NCBI GenBank assembly: GCA_965235115.1
Contig: OZ249447.1
Coordinates: 5,828,001 to 5,892,000, forward strand
DNA: 64,000 nt
Direction: 5' to 3'
From: Laetmonice hystrix
Lineage: Eukaryota
The translations under genes were made by a program, and so were the position numbers. Shown here in pieces: positions 52,201 to 62,247 of the stretch (position 1 is its first letter; each line of letters begins with the position of its first letter). The notes beneath the pieces were generated by a model. The model saw only the letters and a program-made list of their open reading frames with translations, did no database searches and was not told the origin of the DNA.

Positions 52201-55200
52201 TAGTACCATTTGTTGTGAAAGGTCAACTATAATCGAACCTTTATAATCATTTGGTATGACAGGTCAATTATAATAAAACCTTAGTACCATTTGTTGTGAA
52301 AGGTCAACTATAATCGAACCTTTATAATCATTTGGTATGACAGGTCAATTATAATAAAACCTTAGTACCATTTGTTATGAAAGGTCAACTATAATCGAAC
52401 CTTTATAATCATTTGGTATGACAGGTCAATTATAATAAAACCTTAGTACTATTTGTTATGAAAGCTCAACTATAATCGAACCTTTATAATCATTTGGTAT
52501 GACAGGTCAATTATAATAAAACCTTAGTACTATTTGTTATGAAAGCTCAACTATAATCGAACCTTTATAATCGTTTGGTATGACAGGTCAATTATAATAA
52601 AACCTTAGTACCATTTGTTTTGAAAGCTCAACTATAATCGAACCTTTATAATCGTTTGGTATGACAGGTCAATTATAATAAAACCTTAGTACCATTTGTT
52701 TTGAAAGCTCAACTATAATCGAACCATAGTAGCATTAGTAAGAGATCAGTCAACCATGGCAAAGATTGACAGTAGGGCTGTTACAGAAACTTCATAGCAT
52801 GAGACATGGAGTATATTTTTGAGATAGTACATGTAAACATGCTTATCATTGAAATGAAAATATTGTGTGCAAAGACTGCTAACAATAGAGATTGTGGTTG
52901 TTGAGATCAATGATAAGATTAATAACTAAGAGTTCTGTTAACATTGATTGTAATTATAGGGAGCACTGGTACAGGAGCCCTTGTACCACCAATACGACAA
53001 AACACACAGAGCCCGGGAGGTAGTCCTACAAAAGGTCACAGTCACAGTGCCCATACGTCACCGACAAATACTGCCAAGCTACGGCCCCGTGCCAGATCGG
53101 CTGAGTCAGACAGCAAGAAAGTGGTAAGCAACTTCATTTCACAGGAAGAAGGTAGCACTAGGGAGACTAGAAAATGGAGGGGTTTCCCCCTTTCTCTTTC
53201 AACAAGTTTAGCAGAGTACTTTTTGTAAGTATTCAGTTATGGTAAGACGGGTTCTGTCATGCAAGTGTAGTTTGTTGTTGTTTAATGGCAAATGTGGTTT
53301 GAGTTTTTTTTCCTTTTCTTCGACAGACACATCGTTCTCGAAGAGACTCTAATGAAGACTGGGAGATTCCAAATGAAGAAATTCTAATTGGCCCAAGGAT
53401 TGGATCAGGGTCGTTTGGGACGGTGTTCCGTGGTCAGTGGCATGGACCAGTGGCCGTCAAGAGACTCAATGTTAAAGACCCAACACCCGCACAACTGCAG
53501 GCTTTCAAGAATGAGGTAGCAGTACTAAGGTAGGAGAGACACTGACAGAGCCATAAAAAAAGTGACATATAAGGAAATATTTATAAAAGACCTTGATTTA
53601 CTATTTGTTGGGGTTTTTTTCCTATTTTCCCCTTGCAATCTTAGTTTTTAGCCAAAGGTGTTTCCTACCATCTGAGAAACATGAATGATGCTGTCCCATT
53701 AAGAAACAAAAAGAGCAAATTTTTCAATAAAAGTACGTAAGTTGTCAAGTTGCCTGATGCACATTTCAGGAAAACGCGGCATGTGAACATATTGTTGTTC
53801 ATGGGGTGTACCTCCAAACCTCAGCTGTCCATCGTGACCCAGTGGTGTGAAGGGTCAAGTCTCTACAAACATCTCCACGTCAATGAAACCAAGTTTGACA
53901 TGCTGCAGCTCATTGATATCGCACGACAAACGGCTCAAGGCATGGAGTAAGTACTTAAAAGGGCAGCCGGCAAACTTTTTTTAAAAGAAAAGTAAATAAT
54001 TGTATTCATCGTGAAATTTTTTGAATTACATCGTGATTGTTTCAGTAGAAAAATGTAAAGAAAAAAAGTTAAAAGATATCATAGGTGTGGGATGGACCAC
54101 CTTGGTGTCGCAACCTGTACTAACAAAAATGTAATTTTTATTTCAGTTACCTGCACGCGAAATGTATCATTCACAGAGATTTGAAGTCAAACAGTATCCT
54201 TTCCGCTCTATAAAATACCATTGAATGTATGTCAACCAAAAGTTATGCTACAGGAAGTTTTGCAAGAAATTTCCTGGTGAAATGAACAATTAATTTCTGA
54301 AATTAAAAAAATACCTTATAACATTTAGATTCTTCATTATAGAACTAGTATTGTGTCTGAAGGATTGTCTTGATTTCAGATTGAATTGTCATAAATTAGA
54401 TTAATGGCAGTAGATAAAAATGGGAGTTGAGAACCTTGGTTGAGCCTTAATTGTATATTAGATATCTTTTTACACGATGATCTGACTGTGAAGATTGGTG
54501 ACTTTGGACTGGCCACAGTAAAGACCCGATGGAGCGGGTCTCATCAGTTTCAACAGCCATCTGGCTCCATTCTATGGATGGTGGGTACAATACATGTTGG
54601 GACCCAAACACATGGGAACAAAACCTGGACACCCTGAATGCTCAATGTACACTCTTTCTAGGAAGTTACTCAATGACAAGAAATTAGTAATCGAGTTACT
54701 TGGAGTTTTAAAATTAGGCATGTTAACCAGCTCATAAGATTTTCTTGATAAATTAAGATGAAATTTCCCATGCAGAATTAGAAGGAAGGAGATGTATTCT
54801 GCTCGTTATGGGCTACAAGGGCACAGCGTCTAATTCATTCCTAGATTAGAAACATCCCCAGCAAGAGAAATTTTTAATACATTTTTTTTACAGGCTCCAG
54901 AAGTGATCCGCATGAAGGAAGAGAACCCATTCACTTTCCAGTCGGACGTGTACGCATTTGGTATCGTACACTTTGAGCTTATGACAGGCCAGCTGCCATA
55001 CTCTCACATCAACAACAAAGATCAGGTAATTTTGGATGTCGTCGATGTAACGATCTTTCTCAGTTACTGGAGAAAATTAATTTTAAATTAGATCAGCCCC
55101 TAATAGGAATTTTAGTGCCTACACATGTAGAGTAATTCTGGCACAAGCAATATTTGTAACTAGAATTTTGTAACAATTTCAGATTTTGTTCATGGTGGGT

Positions 55201-55700
55201 AAAGGCCATCTGCGGCCAGATATGCAGCTGGCCCGCTCGGACACGCCCAAGGCCTTCAAGCGACTCATGCAGGATTGTATTAAGTATAACCGTGAAGAAA
55301 GACCATTGTTCCCACAGGTATGTCAAGTGTGTAGCCTAAAGAACTGGTAATATCTCAGTATAACTCTACTCAGTGATTAGCATCTGCTAATCAGAAATTA
55401 TATTTCAAACTTGATATGCTCATATTAATGCTATGGTATGGTACCCCTCGGTACGTTCAGTACCGTAGTTTGATTTAAACTTATATTTGTTTCCGTTCGT
55501 TTCAGATTTTGGCCTCCCTAGAGAACCTCCTAAGAACATTACCCAAAATCCACCGGAGTGCGTCAGAACCGACATTGAACCGCACAAACCTACAGTCAGA
55601 GGACTGTGATTACTTATACACATGCGCCTCACCTAAAACTCCAATCAACTGTCAATTTGGAGCGTTCCCTTTCTTCTCAAACCCTAATCCATCATACTGA
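20824..55700 (+). CDS. BRAF: RAF serine/threonine kinase, B-Raf-like (about 775 aa with exon 6a). Exons 20824-20934, 33165-33266, 38651-38962, 41395-41601, 43813-43997, 44992-45187 (or 45249-45456), 48722-48764, [49995-50132], 52960-53123, 53327-53529, 53770-53946, 54147-54193, 54462-54580, 54894-55025, 55183-55317, 55506-55700
   Basis: BRS-like helix ([36 protein letters not shown]), RBD ([23 protein letters not shown]), C1/CRD (HNFVRKTFF..CDSC..CQTC..HQRC), CR2 RSTSAP, GSGSFG loop, [19 protein letters not shown] and C-terminal RSASEP. Phases are consistent and the CDS totals 2328 nt. Confidence 0.97.
21491..22150. mobile_element. Non-autonomous DNA transposon (TA-flanked) in RAF intron 1
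   Basis: Perfect inverted termini acgtcacaggaccctaattcgcc / ggcgaattagggtcctgtgacgt with TA on both flanks. The ccctaattcgcc motif is repeated internally at 21519 and, inverted, at about 21928. Confidence 0.85.
23457..23551. repeat. Long near-perfect inverted repeat (about 42-bp arms, 11-nt loop)
   Basis: aaagcttact-caaa-taaactaacaggc-t-tctgattggctggt / accagccaatcaga-t-gcctgttagttta-ctga-agtaagcttt. Confidence 0.85.
24732..24917. mobile_element. Tc1/mariner-pogo-like MITE
   Basis: TA|ccgtatatgtccctttagccg ... cggctaaagggacatatacgg|TA: perfect TIRs and a TA duplication. Confidence 0.85.
31211..31260. repeat. Compound trinucleotide microsatellite (CTG/TTG)n
   Basis: (cgg)2(ctg)6(ttg)3(ctg)6 read directly. 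Confidence 0.9.
32096..32222. mobile_element. Short fold-back/MITE-like palindrome
   Basis: cagttctcaaaaactt / aagtttttaagaactg termini (1 mismatch), with about 25 more bp of imperfect pairing. Confidence 0.5.
33073..33108. repeat. Hexamer repeat ((GCTCAA)2GCTCAC)2
   Basis: Read directly, just upstream of the RAF exon 2 acceptor. Confidence 0.85.
35180..35524. repeat. Minisatellite, 5 x 69 bp
   Basis: Units start at 35180, 35249, 35318, 35387 and 35456. Confidence 0.95.
36995..37008. promoter_or_regulatory. Perfect palindromic RFX X-box GTTGCCATGGCAAC in RAF intron 2
   Basis: Exact match to the canonical X-box; function is not shown. Confidence 0.55.
37741..38334. mobile_element. Tc1/mariner (pogo/Tigger-like) MITE
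   Basis: TA|cagtagcaacccgctcagggccacc ... ggtggccgttaagtgggttgccactg|TA: imperfect TIRs with CAGT termini and a TA duplication. Confidence 0.75.
39951..40937 (+). CDS. Predicted alternative first exon of RAF (329 aa) within intron 3; alternatively a nested single-exon ORF ending at 40964
   Basis: Open frame 39909-40964, the longest in the window outside the kinase gene. ATG has A at -3. In-frame donor AGG|gtgagg at 40937/40938 is phase 0, matching exon 41395. No recognisable domain. Confidence 0.55.
40521..40742 (+). repeat. Tandem repeat, 3 x 72 bp, in frame ([24 protein letters not shown])
   Basis: Units start at 40524, 40596 and 40668 and are nearly identical. Confidence 0.95.
42611..43495. 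mobile_element. Non-autonomous TIR element in RAF intron 4
   Basis: Perfect 21-bp inverted repeat aaatttgtttgtttccggttt (42623-42643) / aaaccggaaacaaacaaattt (43463-43483), with imperfect outer extension. Target-site duplication unresolved. Confidence 0.65.
44992..45187 (+). CDS. BRAF: RAF CR2 exon 6a (canonical [10 protein letters not shown])
   Basis: tttcag acceptor, GAG|gtacgt donor, phase 2->0, 196 nt. Confidence 0.93.
45249..45456 (+). CDS. BRAF: Predicted mutually exclusive RAF CR2 exon 6b ([10 protein letters not shown])
   Basis: cctttcag acceptor, GAG|gtatgt donor, the same 2->0 phases as 6a, 69 open codons. Homologous to 6a at the start, at the STSAPNV motif and at the terminal LE. 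Confidence 0.75.
45680..45694 (+). promoter_or_regulatory. CTCF-like motif TGCCACTAGAGGGCG
   Basis: Close match to the CTCF core consensus, about 220 nt downstream of exon 6b. Confidence 0.45.
49995..50132 (+). CDS. BRAF: Symmetric (phase 1-1) 138-nt candidate cassette exon in the RAF hinge
   Basis: ttgtcttacag acceptor, AAG|gtattc donor, open frame [46 protein letters not shown]. Confidence 0.65.
51509..52725. repeat. Minisatellite, about 15 x 81 bp (dimer of 40- and 41-bp subunits)
   Basis: The acaggtcaat anchor recurs at exact 81-bp spacing from 51530 to 52664. Confidence 0.97.
54194..54461 (+). other. U12-type (minor spliceosome) GT-AG intron in the RAF catalytic loop
   Basis: 5' end GTATCCTTT. 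Branch site CCTTAAT at 54445-54451, close to the AG, with no polypyrimidine tract. Splits HRDLKSN|NIF. Confidence 0.92.
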
Positions 55701-56167
55701 AGCTGGACAAACAAAACTGAGGGGGGTGGGGGTTCAGACAGGCCACCCCTGACCCCTCCCACCTCACGTACCCCTGCCATAGCCCTCAGTTATGAGGGCT
55801 TGACGGTCGTAAGGCTGAGACCAACACTGCCAGATACAGCAGACCCATACAAGGACATATACTGAAGGTCAATCAAGGTCACCATTCACCCACATACTGG
55901 GTATGTCTTGTTAGGTGGAGTTATAAAACTCTGAAGTGAAAAGTATCATGAAAGATCCGGTTTAGAAATATGAATAAGATGACGGAAGTGATCACGTATG
56001 TTTTTCCTAAAGAAAGGATATTAGTTATATATGATTTTTATCTACTGCTACCTAGATTACAGATATTAGTTGGGTTTTTTTTCTTAGTCTAGCTGTAAAG
56101 ATGCACATTTAATACCACTGATTCTAGACGGGGAACAAAGTCTTTTATTCTGTAAAAAATTGTTAGT

Positions 56168-56173
56168 AATAAA
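56168..56173 (+). terminator. Candidate RAF polyadenylation signal
   Basis: AATAAA about 470 nt after the stop; a longer 3'UTR cannot be excluded. Confidence 0.35.
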
Positions 56174-56563
56174 CTTACATTTTGCATCATTGAATCCAAA
56201 TTGAAACATTATCAAGGACAGAAGTACTGGTGTCAATTTTTAGTCTCAGTGAAGACATTGATTTGAAGGTGCCCTTTTTTTCAATATCCCGATGTGCTGG
56301 AGTAGCATTCAGTTTGTCGCTCTATTTTCGGAGCTGAACCATGAGAAAACGGATTTGATGAGATTGTATATTAGTGGTGTTAATATGTGGTGAGCGTGTC
56401 GTAGAGTCGAGTATTTGAGACTGAGCTGTGTCCAGGTTGTATCAGACCTTGTTGTGGGGCCGGTGATAGGACCAGTGCAGACTAGGTTTGCGGGCACTTT
56501 GAGATAATTTGTTCTTGTTCTGGTTTATTGATGGGCTGGCACCATCAGGATCTCTGTGAAACA

Positions 56564-57193
56564 TACTCTGTAAGGAACAGCTCTCAGAGAGGTGTTTGTA
56601 CTCTGTAAGGAACAGCTCTCAGAGAGGTGTTTGTACTCTGTAAGGAACAGCTCTCAGAGAGGTGTTTGTACTCTGTAAGGAACAGCTCTCAGAGAGGTGT
56701 TTGTACTCTGTAAGGGACAGCTCTCAGAGAGGTGTTTGTACTCTGTAAGGAACAGCTCTCAGAGAGGTGTTTGTACTCTGTAAGGGACAGCTCTCAGAGA
56801 GGTGTTTGTACTCTGTAAGGAACAGCTCTCAGAGAGGTGTTTGTACTCTGTAAGGGACAGCTCTCAGAGAGGTGTTTGTACTCTGTAAGGAACAGCTCTC
56901 AGAGAGGTGTTTGTACTCTGTAAGGGACAGCTCTCAGAGAGGTGTTTGTACTCTGTAAGGAACAGCTCTCAGAGAGGTGTTTGTACTCTGTAAGGAACAG
57001 CTCTCAGAGAGGTGTTTGTACTCTGTAAGGAACAGCTCTCAGAGAGGTGTTTGTACTCTGTAAGGGACAGCTCTCAGAGAGGTGTTTGTACTCTGTAAGG
57101 AACAGCTCTCAGAGAGGTGTTTGTACTCTGTAAGGGACAGCTCTCAGAGAGGTGTTTGTACTCTGTAAGGGTCAGCTCTCAGAGAGGTGTTTG
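56564..57193. repeat. Minisatellite, 18 x 35 bp (tactctgtaagg[a/g]acagctctcagagaggtgtttg)
   Basis: Contiguous units with no spacers. Confidence 0.97.
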
Positions 57194-60100
57194 TCGGGCA
57201 CTGCGGTTTGTACAAGCTGAAAGGATGTACCTCTTTACTGTCAAACAAAAGCCGCAAAATGAAAACAATCTGCTAGGTGTGTGTGTTAGTACTGAGAATT
57301 GGCACCTTGCTTTGCCTGATGCCTTCTTTGATTGAACGGTCTGGCTACTGCCAGCACATTATCCTGAATCAAATCCACAAAATAAAAACGTGCTTTTGAG
57401 TCCTAGTCAGGCCAGTAAGTGAGAAGTTGATTTGGAGGTAAAGTTTGGGTATTGGTCGTGCATGTTTTGATAAAGTTTTATTGATGAGGTACATGAGAAT
57501 GAACTGGATGGACACGTGGTTGTTGGAATGGTGAAATGGTACAACTTGGTGAGGACTAAGGTTGAGTCGCCAGGCTCGATATGTGTGAGCGAGGCATCCC
57601 CTTTTTTTGTTCAATAAGAAGTGCTTCTTTTTCTTCAGGTGGAATGTTTTGTGGTTGTTTAGGGGTGGGCACAGGGAATGAAGTAATTAACAGATTAATT
57701 TAACGTGTACTATATTGTCCAAAAAATGGATTGTGCCCCCGTTAGTGCAGAAAACGGGTGGGAAGGGAGAAGGTAGAAACAAAACGATCGTCAAGTCGTC
57801 GTGACGTTTGGCCTATGACGGACAGGTGAAGGTCTGGCAAGAAGCATCAGTGATGGAAATATTATATCTGTGTATATACATGTATATATATAATAATAAG
57901 CCAACCAAATTTATCAGTGTAGAAGGTTGGTACCATTTACTCGAGATGTAAACTTGTGTAAGGAGTGCGAGAAATGAAGGTTCCTGATTCTGCCACCAGA
58001 TGGAGTAGCATGTTAAGGAAGTCCTCCCCCCCCCCCCATGTAACTTAAATATCGCCCACCGGAGTCACGTGATGAGCGGCATGGAAAGTTCCCACGGTCG
58101 TGCTACCACCCCCCCCCTCCCCTCCCCAACGTGCCCTGGCAGATGAGCATATATAAATATTCCCGTATACCATGGTTTGGTAAGACGGAAAATAACACTG
58201 AGCAGATGAGTTTGAAATGATGTGGATGGCAAATAGTGACAAGTGTAATTAGGTGGAGTGATCTGGGAAACCCTCATGTACATAATGATCAGTGTCTGAT
58301 GGCCTTGATGGTAATGAAAATAATTCTACTGGTTCATCAGTTAACACTGAATGGGTGCTGCGTGCAAGTCGTCTTCGGCATCAGGCTGCACACAGATTTT
58401 CTATTCTCGTATGAATAAAGAAGGTATTTAAATTTGCTACACAGAGTAGAGAGAGAACATGTAAAGATATGCAACAAAACTTACTGACAAGATGACACAT
58501 GAATATAACATGTAAATTAAAGTTTTAAGATAAAACTTTACAAACACCCTGAACTAGGATAAATCTCTTTTTCTCTAATATTGCACAGTATCAACGATTG
58601 CCAGTTAAAGGATGCAAAAGGGAAAAGAAAAATATATTATCTTTGAGAAAATAATCAGTTACTGGAACCTTCTAAATGCCTATTAAATCTAACCATTGCT
58701 TACGCATATGTTACAGGTTGGGAACAATAGTTAGGGTAAGATTTCAAAAAAAGAAAACAGCAGTTTTTTAGTTAGATGTTATGGCCATTCTGTAGAGAGA
58801 TGTAAAATTCCTAACCTTGCTGGGACTCCGTTTTGTTGTATGAGCCTCGTATTAAAACTGGTCTTGGTTCAGTAACTACAAGTTCTGATAAGGATGAGTT
58901 GGAGGATACAATCTACAGTAAATATAATTTTAGTTGGGTAAAACCAAAATTCTGGCAGATTACGGCAGGCTACCTGCAGTTAACAAGTCGACTCCATAGT
59001 CAGCGTGGGATCTTAACGCCAAAAGGAGGTTGGGTTGTGAATGTTTGGGTTGGAACTTTATGTAGCAAACAAGGAAAAATCTGCAATCCCCCAAAGAAAA
59101 CAAAACGGAGTGAAACACAAGGTTCCCACATAACGTCCCCTGGATAATGATTATAACGTATGTCAAAGTAGGGATGGGATCGACTGATTTGGGCATTTAA
59201 AATCTCCCCCTATCATTTTAAGAAGTGGTTTAAAACCGTTAGAATATGATGGAGAGAAAGTCTCAGAAACTGGAATCGGCAGAAGTTAGACTTCTGTAAA
59301 ATATGCACAATCGTTGATGAAATCAGAACTTGCATTAGTATTGGATAAAGTGCTATAGTATTCACCAGTCTGATGTACGATACTTCACTTCAAAGATTGC
59401 CTTTCCCAGAGGCGTGTGCCTGTCAATGAGTTATACCCAATGTAACAAGGCAAGGCTGTGAAGGTTTTTATAACCATAGCAATCAGATAGGAAGAAGTGT
59501 TGTCCCCACTGCAGAATGAAGTGCATTTGAATGTGCATCCATGCCCATTGCGAAAGTCTTGGAAATCTTCCAGGTTGTTTTTTTTTGAGTCTGTGGACTG
59601 ATTTGGTATTAGGTATACATGTCTAAGGACTGTCCGCTTGGTGGTGGAGGTGCTCCACCGACTTGGTTGGTAAGGAAAGAAGTGCCATTTTTTTGCCTGC
59701 TATGGAGAGCAGTGAACTGTTGCTGTATAAAGACTGTAAATTTGTGTTGTATGGATTTTTTTTCATTTGCTGATATATAAATATATATAGATATATATAT
59801 AAGCATAAGTATACATTCGCCATTGAGGAACCAGGCAGTCTTACTGCAGGTTAAAGCGTCCTATCCCCTCCTTTCGCATAGTAGGCTACCAACCAAACCA
59901 AACCTTGAGTGTTTGTCACCGACAGTATGTGTACCGTCCGGAGAACGCTGGGGAGGACGTATAAAGATTCTCAACGTTTGGAGATGTCTACAAGAGCTGT
60001 AATTAGGGGTTGAGCAAGTTCTCAAAGGTCTCATTAGCACCCCCCCCCCCCCATACTAATCACCCAGCCATACAAACAGCACTGCCAGTCAGTCACCCTG

Positions 60101-61731
60101 GTGGTCATTAACCCAACAACTCTCAGTGTTCTATGTATAGAGAGGCTGACCCGTTCGGCATGGCTGACCAGAAAGTTGTATTTTTTTAGCTCATAAAAGC
60201 AGGGCTTGTGGGGGGGGGGGGGCAGAGAGGCCCAAAACAAAAACAAAAAAAGCTAAGTGAAATTGGAGCTAGATGATGGCAGTCGCTGTGTAGCATGCCA
60301 GGGACCCGTAGCAGGTATTAATCCAGCCTTCTGTTCTTAAGACTTGTGTGTACAAAATGTATATACGGAAATACATGTGTGATGTGACACAGAGAGCTGT
60401 ATTCTGTGGGGGTTGTGTACATTCTGCAAGACCTGCTTGCAGCAAGCAAAATCTCCACACGAAGAGACAGTTGCCATTTAATTGGGTTTTATTCTTCCTT
60501 TTTTTTCTTTTTCGTAAGTTAAAGGCATTCCGTCACATTTTAGTGATGTGTATGCTGCATAAGAAAGATTTATTGTCAGTGGCCCCATACCGTTACGCTA
60601 GTTGTATCGATTCCCCTCACCACCAGTATTCCAGGCTTCAAGTGCTGACTTCAAAATCTCTTCCTGGTGTGACATTAACTATAGATTTATAGCACTGTGT
60701 GTTATATTATAATAGAATTCCAGACAGGAAATGGTTTTGGAGCTTAAACTTGCCACGATGAATACTTCCCGGTTCTGTACCGGTACGCCAAGCCTGGTCG
60801 CAGTACAAAGAAACTGATCAGTGTAGCAGTTGGTTTGAAGACACAACATTTAAGTTAATCAGCGTCAAGAGTGCGTTATGACCGTAATAACCATTCCAGT
60901 ACCCCAAATGAATGGTAATGAGTATTAAAATGTATTTCATATTTGGTAATGTATCGTAAAAAACGGTAAATTGTAGAAGTGGTTGAAGAATTTTGTATTA
61001 GATTATTAATGTTTTTGTTGGGAGTTCTTGACAACATGCCAGTAATTCAGGTTTTCTTTTCATCTGTCAAAATACCTGTTATTTCTGTCTGAGTTCACTT
61101 ACTGGTAATTTTATGTCAAACGTTATATTTCTTGCATAACATAGGAATAAGTTGTAGGCTTTGAAATTGTTGGAGGAATTGGAACGTAATGGGTCACATT
61201 TCTACAGTTATTTTTGCGTCAACGGTAAAATGCATGATACAGTTTTGTTACTAAAGGTTTAAATGTGCCGGTTTTACTTTTTTTACTTTTCTAAGTTTTA
61301 AAAAGAATTTAATATGTTTAACTTAACAAAAAGATAAATCTATAATAATACTTCACCGAAGATACATGTAGAAGTCATTTTTTATTGTTTTGCCAGAATT
61401 TCCCAAACATGAAGATATAGGCAAGAAAAACGATTCTACATCAACCTTTTTCCTAAGACGCTCGCCAAATGAGGGGCAACTCTTTAGATCTTTAAGTGAA
61501 AACTGGACTGCTTGCTTACTGCCCAGTCAGTGGTCAGCCGACAACAAACATGCTTGTGACATGGTGACATTGTCCCCACTGTTTGGGGTCGCCTGTCTGC
61601 CATAGCTCTTGTAGTTTGTATATCAACAAACAAAAACAAATTCAATACAAACGTGCAGGGGGGAGTAACGGTACATAACATTATTCTTTTCGTTAAGTAT
61701 GAATCCTGTTCCAAAGCAAAATATGGGGTTA

Positions 61732-61849
61732 CAGGGGTACGTTGATGATTTGGAAAGTCATTTACTGGCATAGCAATGAAATGGTTTCTGCCAGAGTAGA
61801 ACTTTTCTCTTTTGCCCCCTACCCATCTCCCGACAGCTTGCGTGCCACT
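61732..61849. mobile_element. Possible short degenerate MITE
   Basis: caggggtacgt / gcgtgccactg termini pair at 8 of 11 positions. A related terminus occurs at 55766-55776. No target-site duplication is visible. Confidence 0.3.
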
Positions 61850-62199
61850 GGTGTGCAGTATTAACATGGGTATACCAGCTTTCTTGTTGTGTCATCAATT
61901 GTGTTTTGAAATAAAAAAAAAGATAGATAATGTTTATTCCCTTGTATACTGTGTTTTCTGTCTTTTTTTTGCGGACGATATGGCGTGTACGTGTAAATTG
62001 AGGTTTAGACCTGCAAGTATTATTCATGGGCCAGGGTTTACTTGGAGACTTTTACTTTATTTTTTTTTGGGGGGGGGGGGGGTGTAGAATAGGCATTAAA
62101 AAAATAAAGGCAGAAATCTTTTTAGGAGGGAGTAAATGCAAAAATATGCTACATTTTATACCCACTAAATGAACGAATAAAAGTATACTTATGGAATTA

Positions 62200-62205
62200 T
62201 TTATT
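62200..62205 (-). terminator. Candidate polyadenylation signal of the PRMT6-like gene
   Basis: AATAAA on the minus strand, about 43 nt after the stop. Confidence 0.5.
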
Positions 62206-62247
62206 GAAATACAGTAATGCTTATCATCCAGTGTAGGTGTTGTGATG

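Noticed and set aside
56564-57193. CRISPR array (35-bp partly palindromic repeats)
   Set aside because: Units are contiguous with no unique spacers, there are no cas genes, and the context is eukaryotic.
58833-59147. 104-aa ORF as an alternative last RAF exon or a separate gene
   Set aside because: TTG start, no convincing splice sites and no domain similarity.
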